A stretch of 64,000 nt of DNA from an uncultured bacterium (GTDB lineage: Bacteria; Actinomycetota; Acidimicrobiia; Acidimicrobiales; VFJN01): positions 15,698 through 79,697 of the forward strand of contig CAWEZE010000011.1 of NCBI GenBank assembly GCA_963813485.1, in the 5' to 3' direction. The translations under genes and the position numbers were made by a program. The first letter of the stretch is position 1; the number at the start of each line of letters is the position of its first letter. The notes beneath the pieces were generated by a model. It saw only the letters and a list, made by a program, of their open reading frames with translations. It was not told the DNA's origin and did not search any database. This document shows positions 38,934 through 48,176 of the stretch, in pieces.

Positions 38934-40719
38934 GTGATCGACTGGTCTGACATCGACGCCGTGGTGGGGCAGAACTGGTACCGGCTCGACCCCGACTTCC
39001 AGGCCCGGGTCCGGCGCGACTGCCCACCCGACGACCTGGCCTGGGCCGAGGCCACGCTCGATGCATTCGGCGACCTCGTGGGCGGCCGCATCGCCCGGGC
39101 CGCCGACACCATCGACGCCCACCCGCCCGAGCTGGTCCGTTACGACCGCTGGGCCAACGACGTGGGCGAGATCGCCCATCACCCCGCCATGCTCGATGCC
39201 AAGCGGGCGCTGTGGCAGGTGGGCTATCCCTCGGGATTCGCCGCTCAGGCGAAGGAGCGCGGGCGACCGACGCCGGGCGTGGTGCTCGGTGGCGCCAGCT
39301 ACCTGCTGTCCGAGGCCGACACGGGCATGGTGTGCAGCCTGGGCATGACCTCCGGGGTGGCGGGCCTGGTCGACGCCTACGGCCCGCCCGATGTCCGCGA
39401 CGAGCTCCTGGCGGGCCTGCGGGCCGCCGACGTCGACCACGCCGTCGACGGGTCGATGTTCCTGACCGAACGAGACGGTGGGTCCGACCTGGGGCGCAGC
39501 GTCCACTGCACCGCCCGAGACCTAGGCGACGGCCGGGTGGAGATCAGCGGCGAGAAGTGGTTCTGCTCCAACGTCGACGGCGCCGCCGTCGTGCTGCTGG
39601 CCCGGCCCGAGGGTGCCCCGGACGGACCCGCAGGGCTCGGCCTCTACCTGGTGCCGCGGGTGCTGGAGGACGGGACGCCAAACCGCTACACGATCCGCCG
39701 GCTCAAGCAGAAGCTGGGCACCAAGAGCGTCCCCACCGGCGAGGTCGAGCTCCACGGTGCGCTCGGCTACGCGCTGCGGCCCCCGCGGACCGACGGACGC
39801 CGCCGCACCGCCGGGGTCGGCCGATGGCGTCGACCGGTCCACGTCGGACGCGGGCGGACTCGCACGGATGATGGAGATGGTCAACGGCAGCCGGTTCGGC
39901 GTGGCGCTCATGGGGCTCGGCATCGCCCGGCGCTGCTTTGCCGAGGCCGCCGCCTGGGCCCACCACCGGCAGGCCAAGGGCCGGGCGCTGGTCGACCTGC
40001 CGCTCGTGCGCGAGCAGCTCGTCGACCAGCTGGCCGAGCTGGAGGCCGCGGTGGCGCTGGGTTTCGAGTGCGCCGCCGCCAGCGGGTTCACGGATGGCGC
40101 TCGGCTGCGCCGCATCCTCGTGCCGGCGGCCAAGGTGCGCCTGTGCCGGCTCGGCGTCGAGGCGGCCTCGTATGCGGTCGAGCTGCACGGCGGCAACGGC
40201 TACTGCGAGGACTGGGGCCTGACCCGCCAGCTCCGCGACGCGCAGTGCCATCCCATCTGGGAGGGCAGCGAGAACATCTGCGTGCTGGACGTGCTGCGGA
40301 CCATCCGCCGGGACGCCGCCCACGAGGCGGTCGTGGCCCGGATCGACCGGGCCGTGGCCACCGCCCGCGAAGGCGCGCCCGGCTGGGCCCAACCCGCGGT
40401 CGACGCTGTCGTCGCGGCGCGCGACGAGCTGGTCGGCCGGGTGGACGCCCTGGGCGCACTCGAGCCCGACGCCGCCGAGGGGCTGTCGGGGCGCCTGTGC
40501 GACCACATCGTCCGCACCACGTCGGCGGCACTCCTGCTGGAGCAGGCCGGCGAGGGGGGCGAGTGGGCGGCCCACAAGGGCCTCGTCGGGCTCCGCTATG
40601 CCCGCCGGCACCTGCTGCCCGCCGCCGCCTGGTCCGACGCCATCGCCGCCACCGTCGGGCGCGAGCTGCTGGCGTCCGCGCCCGTCGGCGACGACGCCGC
40701 AGTCAAGGCCGCAGCCTGA
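38934..40719 (+). pseudogene. AidB-like acyl-CoA dehydrogenase, single frameshift
   Basis: GTG 38934 (VIDWSDIDAVVGQNWYRLDPDF...), MFLTERDGGSDLG, GEKWFCSNVDG, KLGTKSVPTGEVELHGALGYAL in the frame of ORF 38592. ORF 39613..40719 continues GLARMMEMVNGSRFGVALMGLGIARRCF...ELHGGNGYCEDWGLTRQLRDAQCHPIWEGSENI. The junction lies somewhere in 39790-39830. Confidence 0.75.
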
Positions 40720-40807
40720 CGTTCCGGGACGGAAACGGCCCCTGTCCCTACTTTGCGCGACCTGGTTGACTGTCGCCGGGCGGGCAGTCTCCCCGGGAGG
40801 GAACGCC

Positions 40808-41011
40808 ATGTCGTCGGTAGCCAAGACGATCGAGCTGAGCGCCGAGTCACCCGACAGCTTCGAGGATGCCCTCAGGGTGGGCATCGCCAAGGCCGGTGAA
40901 ACCGTCCACAACATCGAGGCCGCCTACGTCAAGGAAGAGAAGGCGATCGTCACCGACGGGCAGGTCACCGGCTTCCGCGTGCACATGCAGGTCACGTTCG
41001 TCGTCGACTGA
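40808..41011 (+). CDS. dodecin-family flavin-binding protein
   Basis: ATG 40808 (GGGAGGGA upstream): MSSVAKTIELSAESPDSFEDALRVGIAKAGETVHNIEAAYVKEEKAIVTDGQVTGFRVHMQVTFVVD (67 aa). Confidence 0.75.
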   Translation: MSSVAKTIELSAESPDSFEDALRVGIAKAGETVHNIEAAYVKEEKAIVTDGQVTGFRVHMQVTFVVD

Positions 41012-43533
41012 CGGCCCCGGCCGGGTCGTCCGGCCAGTCGTGCTTCGGATAGCGGCCGGCCATCTGCTTGCGCACCTCGCCCCACGAGCCGGTCCAGAAC
41101 CCGGCCAGGTCGCTGGTCACCTGCACCGGCCGCCCCGCCGGCGACAGCAGCTGCAGCACCACCGGAACCCGCCCGCCGGCGACGGTGGGCGTCTCGCGCG
41201 AGCCGAACATCTCCTGTACCCGCACCGCCAGGACCGGGGGATCGCCCGGTGCCGCGCCGTTGCCGTAGACGAGTGGCACCCGGCGGCCGCTCGGCACCGT
41301 CACTGCGGCCGGCGCCAGGCGATCGAGACCGCCCACCAGCTCGGCGGGAACCATGGCGCGCAGCGCTCGGACCAGGTCGACGCGCTCCAGGTCGGCCCGC
41401 CCGCTGGCGCCGGCGGCTGTCAGCACCGGGGCCAGCCAGTCGTCGAGGTGGCGACGTAACGCCCCGTCCGAGACGTCGGGCCAGGGGTCGCCCAGCACGG
41501 CGCGCAGGAAGCCGATCCGGGCCTGTAGCGACCGGGCGGCGTCGGTCCAGGTCAGCGCGGCCAGATTGGTGGAGCGCACCCGGTCGATCAGGGCCGCGGT
41601 GGTGGCCGTCCCCGCCGCCGGGCGGCGTTCGACCACGCCCAGCCGCAGCCGCCCGAGCCGGCGCTCGACCCGGGCCACGAGGTCGTCGCGCTCGCGGTCC
41701 CAGACGATCCGGGCGTGCTCGTCGACCCGGTGGCCCGCGATCTCGTCGAGCTGGGCGGCGTCGAGGGGTGCCGCGATGCGGATCCGCCCGTTGCGCCGGC
41801 GGCCGTCGACCTCGGCCACCGCCAGGAACGGTTCGCGGGCCAGCGCGTCGTCGGCGGACAGCCAGCCCTCGGTGCCCGCCCGCAGCACGAAGCGCCCCGG
41901 GCCGCCGCGTGCCTGGGCGATCCGGTCGGGGTAGGCGACGCCGAGCAACGGCCCCGCCTCGGCCGGGTCGCCCCCGCCGGCGTCCACCCCCAGGCGCCGC
42001 GCCAGGTCGTGGGCCCGGTCCCGCGCGCCCCGCAGGGCCCGCCCGTCCGCCTGGGGGTGCCGGAAGGTCGGATCGGCGAGGAGCGTCAGGCGCACCCCGA
42101 CGTCGGTGGGGACGTCATCGGGTCGGCCACGCAGCACGTCACGATCCTCCAGCAGCGCAGCCAGCAGGCAGCCGAGCCAGCCCTGGCCGCGTTCGCGGGC
42201 GGTGAGCAGCATGCGGGCCAATCGGGGGTGGAGCGGCAGCGCCACCATCTCCCGGCCGGTCGCAGTGGGGTGCCCGTCCCCGTCGAGGGCACCGAGGTCC
42301 GTGAGCAGGCGCCGCGCTTCGTCCAGGGCCCGGGGCGGCGGGGGATCCAGGAACGGCAGGTCGGCTGGCTCGGTGCCCCACACGGCCAGCTCCAGCGCCA
42401 GCCCGGCCAGGTCGGCCTGGCGGATCTCGGGCTCGTCGAACCGCGGGCGCGCTGCGTGTTCGACCTTCGACCAGAGGCGCACCGCCACGCCCGGTCCCAG
42501 TCGGCCCGCCCGCCCGGCCCGCTGGTCGGCCGATGCCCGCGATGCGGCGACGGTGGCCAGCCGAGTGAGCCCGGTGCCGGCGTCGAACACCGGCCGGCGC
42601 GCCAGGCCGGCGTCGACCACCACCCGCACGCCCTCGACCGTGAGGCTCGTCTCGGCGATGTCGGTGGCCAGCACCACCTTGCGCCGACCGGGCAGGCCCG
42701 GGGCCAGGGCCGCGTCCTGCTCGCCCGCCGGTAGTGCGCCATACAGCGTGTGGACGTCGACGGCCGAATCCGGACCGAGCGTCGGCGCCGAGCTGGTCGG
42801 CAGTCCGCACGATCTCCGCCGCGCCGGGCAGGAAGGCCAGCACGTCGCCCTCGGCCGCGGTGGCGGCGGTCTCGCGCAGCGCCCGCCGGATGGCGGTGAC
42901 CATCGAGGGCTCCACGTGTTCGCGGGGCCGCCGCGGCGCCCAGCGGACGTCGACGGCATACGACCGCGTCTCGCTGGTGATCACCGGCGCCGGCTCCCGC
43001 CCCGGCACCGTCAGCAACCCGGCAACCCGGTCCCCCTCGAGCGTCGCCGACATCACCAGCAAGCGAAGGTCCGGGCGCAGGTGGCGGCGGGCGTCGAGGG
43101 CCAGCGCCAGCCCGAGGTCGGCCTGGAGGCTGCGCTCGTGGAACTCGTCGAAGATCACCAGTCCCACACCCTCGAGGCCGGGATCACGCTGCAGCCGCCT
43201 GGTGAGGATCCCCTCGGTCACCACCTCGATACGCGTGGCGGCGCCGACCCTCCGGTCGTCGCGGGTGCGGTAGCCGACGGTTTCGCCTACCGGTTCACGC
43301 AGCAGCGCCGCCATCCGCCGGGCCGCAGCCCGGGTGGCGAGCCGGCGCGGCTCGAGCATGACGACGCGACGGCCCTCCAGCCACGCCTCGTCCACGAGGG
43401 CCAGGGGCACCACCGTCGTCTTGCCCGCCCCGGGCGCCGCCTGCAGGACCGCGTGCCCGGCACCGGCGAGCGCGGCCCGTAGTTCGTCGAGGCAAGCGAC
43501 GACCGGCAGCGACGCGGCGGCGGGCGGCAGCAT
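40992..43533 (-). pseudogene. hrpB: ATP-dependent helicase HrpB, single frameshift
   Basis: ORF 42139..43704 trimmed to ATG 43533: QAAPGAGKTT, VIFDEFHERS, LVMSATL, VLAFLPGAAEI. ORF 40992..42959 continues LGPDSAVDVHTLYGALPAGEQ...VVLATDIAETSLTVEGV...QRAGRAGR and a long HrpB C-terminal region. The junction is near 42778-42790. Confidence 0.8.
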
Positions 43534-43540
43534 CACGAAG

Positions 43541-43583
43541 CTGGTCGTAGCTGTCTGGCATGCGTCCGCACAACTACGACCGG
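43541..43583. repeat. palindromic element, copy 2 (related to 12035-12079); possible terminator of the sigma gene
   Basis: CTGGTCGTAGCTGT...ACAACTACGACCGG with loop CTGGCATGCGTCCGC. About 34 of 43 positions are identical to copy 1, including the loop core GTCCGCACA. One stem change is compensatory (G/C in copy 1, A/T in copy 2). Confidence 0.45.
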
Positions 43584-43594
43584 AACGAGGCCAG

Positions 43595-44161
43595 TCAGCC
43601 GGAGTCGGCGGGCCGCAGCTCGCGGATGAGCTCGTCGCGGGCCCGAGCCACGCGCGACCGGATGGTCCCGACCGGACACCCGCAGATGGCCGCGGCGCCC
43701 GCATAGTCGAATCCCAGCAACTGGGTGAGGACGAACGCGGTCCGCCGGTCGGGATCGAGACGGGTGAGCAGCTGGTCGCCGAGCGCAGAATCGCCGAGGC
43801 TGATCTCGACGGTGGCCGGCTCGGCGCGGTCGATCAGCAGCCGGGTCAGCCGGCGCCGGCGTGACGCCACCCGGACGGCGTCGACCGCCGTCCGCCTGGC
43901 GATCGAAAGCAGCCACGTGCGGGCGCCGGCATCGCCGCGATAGGCGGGCAGGGCCCGGATTGCCCGCACGTAGGTGTCCTGGGCGGCGTCCTCGGCGAGG
44001 TCGCGCCCCGCGACCGCGGTGACGAGGCGGACGACGTCACTCCACGTCCGGCGGACGAACGACGACAGCGCCAGGTGGTCGCCGTCCCTGGCCGCCAGCG
44101 CCAGCGCCGTCACATCGTCCACGGCGCCGCAAGGTAGGGGTTCAGCCCGATCCGATGCCAT
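43595..44161 (-). CDS. ECF-type sigma-70 family RNA polymerase sigma factor
   Basis: ORF 43595..44968 trimmed to ATG 44161 (188 aa). Region 2 (LAEDAAQDTYVRAIRAL) and region 4 (DRRTAFVLTQLLGFDYAGAAAICGCPVGTIRSRVARARDEL). Confidence 0.85.
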   Translation of the reverse strand: MASDRAEPLPCGAVDDVTALALAARDGDHLALSSFVRRTWSDVVRLVTAVAGRDLAEDAAQDTYVRAIRALPAYRGDAGARTWLLSIARRTAVDAVRVASRRRRLTRLLIDRAEPATVEISLGDSALGDQLLTRLDPDRRTAFVLTQLLGFDYAGAAAICGCPVGTIRSRVARARDELIRELRPADSG

Positions 44162-44168
44162 CTCGTGA

Positions 44169-44224
44169 TATACGGCCGGAGCGCCCGGGAGGTTCCCGGG
44201 AACCGGATCGGCTCGCCGGACGAC
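44169..44224. promoter_or_regulatory. candidate bidirectional ECF-type promoters sharing a perfect 14-nt palindrome
   Basis: GGTTCCCGGGAACC (44191-44204) is its own reverse complement, so it presents GGGAAC on both strands. Plus strand: GGGAAC, 17 nt, CGAC (44221-44224), ATG 44234. Minus strand: GGGAAC, 17 nt, CGTA (44174-44171), ATG 44161. Confidence 0.4.
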
Positions 44225-44233
44225 TGTTCCCAC

Positions 44234-44851
44234 ATGCGCTGCACCCGCTTCCGCGAGGCCATCTCGGCACGGATCGACGACGAGGATCCCGGCCTGCCCG
44301 CCGAGGAGATCGACGCCCACCTTGCCGAATGCCCGGACTGTCGGTCCTGGGCCGGAGCCGCCGCGTCTCCGGCGCTCCGGGCCCTGGCATCGGCCGGCGA
44401 CCCGGCCGCCATCGACCCGGCGCTCCTCACCCAGCTCGTGCGGCCGGCCGCCGCGGCCGCGCCGGCCCGCCCGGCGCTGATCTCGACGGTCGAGTGGCGC
44501 GTGGTGCTGGCCCTCATCGGCCTGGCACAGGTCGTGCTGGCCTGGCCCGGCGTCTTCCTCCACGACGGCCACGCGTCCATCCACCTGGCCCACGAGCTCA
44601 CGGCGTGGGACATGGGGCTGGCGGCGGGCTTCCTGGTCGTGGCCTGGCGCCCGGCGCGCGCGTGGGGGATGTTGCCGCTGGTAGGCGTCCTGGTCGCAGC
44701 GATGGTCGTCACCTCCGGCGTCGACTTCGCGTCGGGCCACGCACTCCTCGGGCGCGAGGCGGTCCACGCCCTGGCGTTTGCGGGTCTCGGCTGCCTCTGG
44801 GCCCTGGCGCGGCGGGCACCCCGCCCGTCGGTCGTGGTGCGAGTGGCATGA
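44234..44851 (+). CDS. membrane anti-sigma factor with zf-HC2 (ZAS) motif
   Basis: ORF 44165..44851 trimmed to ATG 44234: MRCTRFREAISARIDDED...HLAECPDC (H-x3-C-x2-C). The C-terminal half is hydrophobic and His-rich (HDGHASIHLAHE). The stop overlaps the copCD ATG (ATGA at 44848-44851). Confidence 0.75.
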   Translation: MRCTRFREAISARIDDEDPGLPAEEIDAHLAECPDCRSWAGAAASPALRALASAGDPAAIDPALLTQLVRPAAAAAPARPALISTVEWRVVLALIGLAQVVLAWPGVFLHDGHASIHLAHELTAWDMGLAAGFLVVAWRPARAWGMLPLVGVLVAAMVVTSGVDFASGHALLGREAVHALAFAGLGCLWALARRAPRPSVVVRVA

Positions 44852-46609
44852 GGCCGCGACGCCTCGCTGGGGCGGGCGTCCTGGTTGCAACCGTTGCCAC
44901 CGCCGGCCTGGCGCTGGGCCCGGCGCCCGCCGACGCCCACGCCGAGTTGATCTCCACGGAACCGGCATCGGGCGAGCAGCTCGACGTGGCGCCGGAGCGG
45001 GTCGTGCTCCGCTTCAGCGAGTCGGTGGACGTGGCCGACGACGCGGTCGAGGTCCTGACCGCCGGGGGCGACCCGATCGACGCCGGTGACCCGGGCCATC
45101 CCGACGGCGAGCGATCGTCGGTCGCCGTCGACCTGCCGGACCTCGACGACGGCACCTACGTGGTGTCGTGGCGGGTGCTCTCCTCCGACAACCACCCCGT
45201 CAGCGGCGCATTCACGTTCGGGATCGGCGACGCCGCCGCCTCCGTGTCCGACGCCGATGCCCAGGCCCTGGTCGACGACGCGCTGGCCGGTGCCGGCTCC
45301 GACCGTGTCGTCGGCGTCACCTATGGCATCGTGCGGTTCGCCGCCTTCGCGGGCCTGGTGGTGCTGATCGGCGGGGCCGTCTTCGTGGCCGCGCTGTGGC
45401 CCGCGGGTGGCGAGGACCCACGGGCCCGGCGAATCCTGGGTGGGGCGTGGTGGGTGGCGCTCGGCGCCACCGTGCTGAGCATCCCCCTGCAGGCCACCTA
45501 CGCCGTCGGGGGATCGTTGGCCGATGCCTTCGACCCCTCGGTCATCGGCGACGAGCTCGGCACCCGAACCGGCCGGGCCTGGCTCATTCGCCTGGCGCTG
45601 CTGGCGGCCGTGGCGGTGGTCGGGCCCTCGCCTGGCGCGGCGGGCCACGGAGGGTCGCACCGAGGCGCTGCTCCCCACGGTCGTCGGCGGGGGCTTGGCG
45701 CTGTTGGCCACCATCACGTTCACCGGCCACGCCGTTTCCGGGGACCTCGTGGGCCTGGCGGTGGTGACCGACATCGTCCACCTGTCGGCGGTCAGCGTCT
45801 GGCTCGGGGGGCTGGCCATCATGCTGGGCGCCGTCCTGTGGCCGACCAGCGGCGTCGCCGACCCCCGTGCCGAGGCGATCGCGGCGCGATTCTCCGACGT
45901 GGCGTTCGGGGCCGTCTTGGTGATCGTCGCCAGCGGGGTCGTCCAGGCCTGGCGCCAGCTCGGGTCGTGGGACGCCCTGGTGGACAGCAGCTACGGCCGG
46001 CTGCTGCTCGTGAAGGTCGGGTTCTTCGTCCTCATGCTGGCGGCCGCCGCCGCCAGCCGGTCGTGGGTGCGCCAGCGCGCCCGGGCACGCATGGCGAGCC
46101 TGGCCCTGTCGCCGGGGCCGGGCGCCGTACGGGTGTCGCCCTCCGGACGCCCCCCGCTTTCGGTCCTCAGGCGGTCGGTGGCGGTCGAGGTCGCGCTGGC
46201 CGTGGCCGTGCTCGCGACCACCGCGGCGCTGGTCAACGCCGTGCCGGGTGCGTCGGCGGTGGACGATTCGCCCGCGGCGACCGGCGGGCTGTTCAACACC
46301 ACGGTCCACGGCGATCTCACGATGATCCAGATCACGGTCGACCCTGCGGCGGTGGGCCCCACCGAGGTCGAGATCAACATCGCCGGCCACGACGGCAGCC
46401 CCATCGACCCCGAGGAGGTGACCGCGTCGCTCAGCCTTCCGGAGCGCGACATCGGCCCGTTGGACCTGACCCTCCAGCCGATCGGGCCCGGCCAGTACGT
46501 CGCCCAGGGCGCCCAGATTCCGTTCTCGGGCACCTGGGAGCTGGAGGTCGTGGCCCGCACCACCGACATCGACCAGGACCGGGTGATCACCGAGGTCCCG
46601 GTCCCCTGA
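44848..46609 (+). pseudogene. CopC-CopD fusion copper resistance protein with a C-terminal Ig-like (YtkA/FixH-like) domain, single frameshift
   Basis: ATG 44848. Signal peptide, then mature HAELISTEPASG...YVVSWRVLSSDNHPVSGAFTF (CopC). CopD helices (frame of ORF 44155) run to ~45630. ORF 45524..46609 continues FTGHAVSGD...LLLVKVGFFVLML...WELEVVART. Confidence 0.8.
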
Positions 46610-46644
46610 GCCGTACACACCAGCAACCGAAAGGACCAGTCCAC

Positions 46645-46797
46645 GTGATCCACCGTCGATTGACCCGAGCCCTCGCCGTCGCGGGCCTCGCGATCGTCGT
46701 CACCGCCCCGCTGGCGGATGCGCACGTCACCGTCAACCCCGGCGAGGCGCCCAAGGGCGGATTCGCCAAGCTCGCGTTCCGGGTGCCCAACGAGCGC
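46645..46797 (+). pseudogene. YcnI/DUF1775 copper-binding protein, N-terminal fragment
   Basis: GTG 46645: VIHRRLTRALAVAGLAIVVTAPLADA-HVTVNPGEAPKGGFAKLAFRVPNE, which is the family signature. Recognisable sequence stops at ~46797. Confidence 0.65.
46758..46774. repeat. 17-nt direct repeat, left copy (CGGATTCGCCAAGCTCG)
   Basis: Identical to 47805-47821. Read directly. Confidence 0.95.
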
Positions 46798-47803
46798 CCC
46801 CGGCAGCGTGAGGGCGACGACCGCGGCGAGCACGCTGCCCATGATGGCGAAGCCGGCCGTCGACCCCAGTGCCCGCTGCGTGCTCAGGATCCCGGACGCC
46901 ATGCCCGATCGATCCTGGGGGATCGAGCTCATCGCCACGCTCGTAACCGGTGCCACTGCGAGACCGCCCGCACCGCCGACGAGCGCCAGCCCCAGCAGCG
47001 TCCATCCGACGTTGCCACCGATGGTCGCGGCGAGAACGCCGAGGCCCGCCACGATCATCGAGACTCCGATCAGCGTGGGCCGGCGGCCGCCGAGGCGAGC
47101 GGTGAACCGGCCGGCGAGGGGAGCCAGCACGATCACCGGCAGCGTCATCGAGATCATCAGGAAGCCGGCGTCCTCTGCGTTGTAGTCGCGGATGTTCTGG
47201 AAGTACTGCGTGATCACCAGCAGCGTTCCGTAGATACCGAACAGGACGCAGAAGATGGTGATGATCGCCGTGCTGTAGACCCGGTCGCCGAACACCCGCA
47301 CGTCCATCATCGGGTCGGCTACGCGGAGCTCGACGCGGACGAACGTGGCGATGATGACCATGGATCCGAGGAGCAGGGCGAGGATCAACGGTGACCCCCA
47401 GCCGCTGTGCGGGCCTTCGACGAGTGCGTACGTGACGGCGGCGACCCCCGCGACGAAGAGCACCTGCCCCGCCCAGTCGAAACGATGTTCGGTCGGATCG
47501 CGCAACTCGCGGACGAAGAGCAGGGTGAGCGACCACCGCCGGTATGCCGATCACCGGGTTGACCCAGAAGATGCTGCGCCAACCGAACTCGTCGGTGAGC
47601 ACACCGCCGACGGTCGGACCGATGGCCAGACCGACCGCGGCGATGCCGGTCCAGCTCCCGATCGCCTTGGCCTTGGCTGCCGGATCGGTGAAGGCCGCGC
47701 CGACCAGGGCCAGTGAGGCGACGTTGACGATCGCGGCGCCGGTCCCCTGCAGGCCCCGCGAGATGTTCAGCACCAGCAGCGACGGCGCGAGAGCCGCACC
47801 CGA
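46798..47803 (-). pseudogene. internal fragment of a DHA2-type MFS transporter gene (no start, no stop, one frameshift)
   Basis: Reverse strand: SGAALAPSLLVLNISRGLQGTGAAIVNVASLALVGAAF...GWRSIFWVNPVIGIPAVV (ORF 46733..47929). After a 1-nt shift near 47530: TLLFVRELRDPTEHRFDWAGQVLF...QYFQNIRDY...GFAIMGSVLAAVVALTLPG (ORF 45991..47505). Confidence 0.7.
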
Positions 47804-47804
47804 T

Positions 47805-47821
47805 CGGATTCGCCAAGCTCG
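47805..47821. repeat. 17-nt direct repeat, right copy (CGGATTCGCCAAGCTCG)
   Basis: Identical to 46758-46774. Sits at the right junction of the MFS fragment. Confidence 0.95.
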
Positions 47822-47993
47822 GGTGGGCGCTGACGGTGAGCAGGCGGCCAACACCGGCGGGGTGACGGTCGACAACGCGGCCACGAAGGACGACGTCGAC
47901 TCCGCCAACACCCTCGGGATCATCGGCATCGTGGTCGGCGCGCTTGGACTCCTTGTAGGCGGCTTCGCCCTGTTCCGGCGCCGGAGCGCATGA
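47822..47993 (+). pseudogene. YcnI/DUF1775 protein, C-terminal membrane-anchor fragment
   Basis: The frame of ORF 47544..47993 ends GVTVDNAATKDDVDSANTLGIIGIVVGALGLLVGGFALFRRRSA-stop, which is the usual YcnI C-terminal anchor. Confidence 0.5.
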
Positions 47994-48078
47994 CCGACGA
48001 GCCGGGAATTCTCGAATACGCCCCGGTATCCGGCGCCGCGACGGCCGCGTGTCGAGGAAGATCAAAATTCTGCGAACC

Positions 48079-48117
48079 GGCGGGAACAACCGGGACGGGC
48101 GAGCGGTTGCACCCGCC
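48079..48117. terminator. hairpin between convergent genes
   Basis: GGCGGG-AA-CAACCG (48079-48092) pairs with CGGTTG-CA-CCCGCC (48104-48117): 6+6 bp with a 2x2 internal loop. It sits in a lower-GC spacer. Confidence 0.3.
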
Positions 48118-48176
48118 AAGGCCGCGGGGGCGCCGATCCTGTTCCTCCCCCTGTCAGGGTCAGGCAGCCATCGCCG

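Noticed and set aside
44155-47394. 1079-aa ORF, the longest in the track
   Set aside because: It is not one gene. It is a stop-free frame in GC-rich DNA that strings together the copCD N-terminal half, out-of-frame copCD sequence, the ycnI N-fragment and the antisense strand of the MFS fragment. Much of the translation is Arg/Gly/Pro/His-rich junk.
46758-47821. The 17-bp direct repeats as target-site duplications of a mobile element
   Set aside because: The enclosed DNA encodes no transposase or integrase and has no terminal inverted repeats. The left copy lies 24 bp inside the ycnI fragment rather than at the junction. I treat it as a recombination or assembly scar instead.
48005-48075. Possible CsoR/RicR-type copper operator (ATACGCCCCGGTAT) and AATTCT(C/G)CGAA repeats in the lower-GC spacer
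   Set aside because: Only the outer 4 bp are self-complementary, no csoR-like gene is present, and the spacer lies between convergent gene ends rather than at a promoter.
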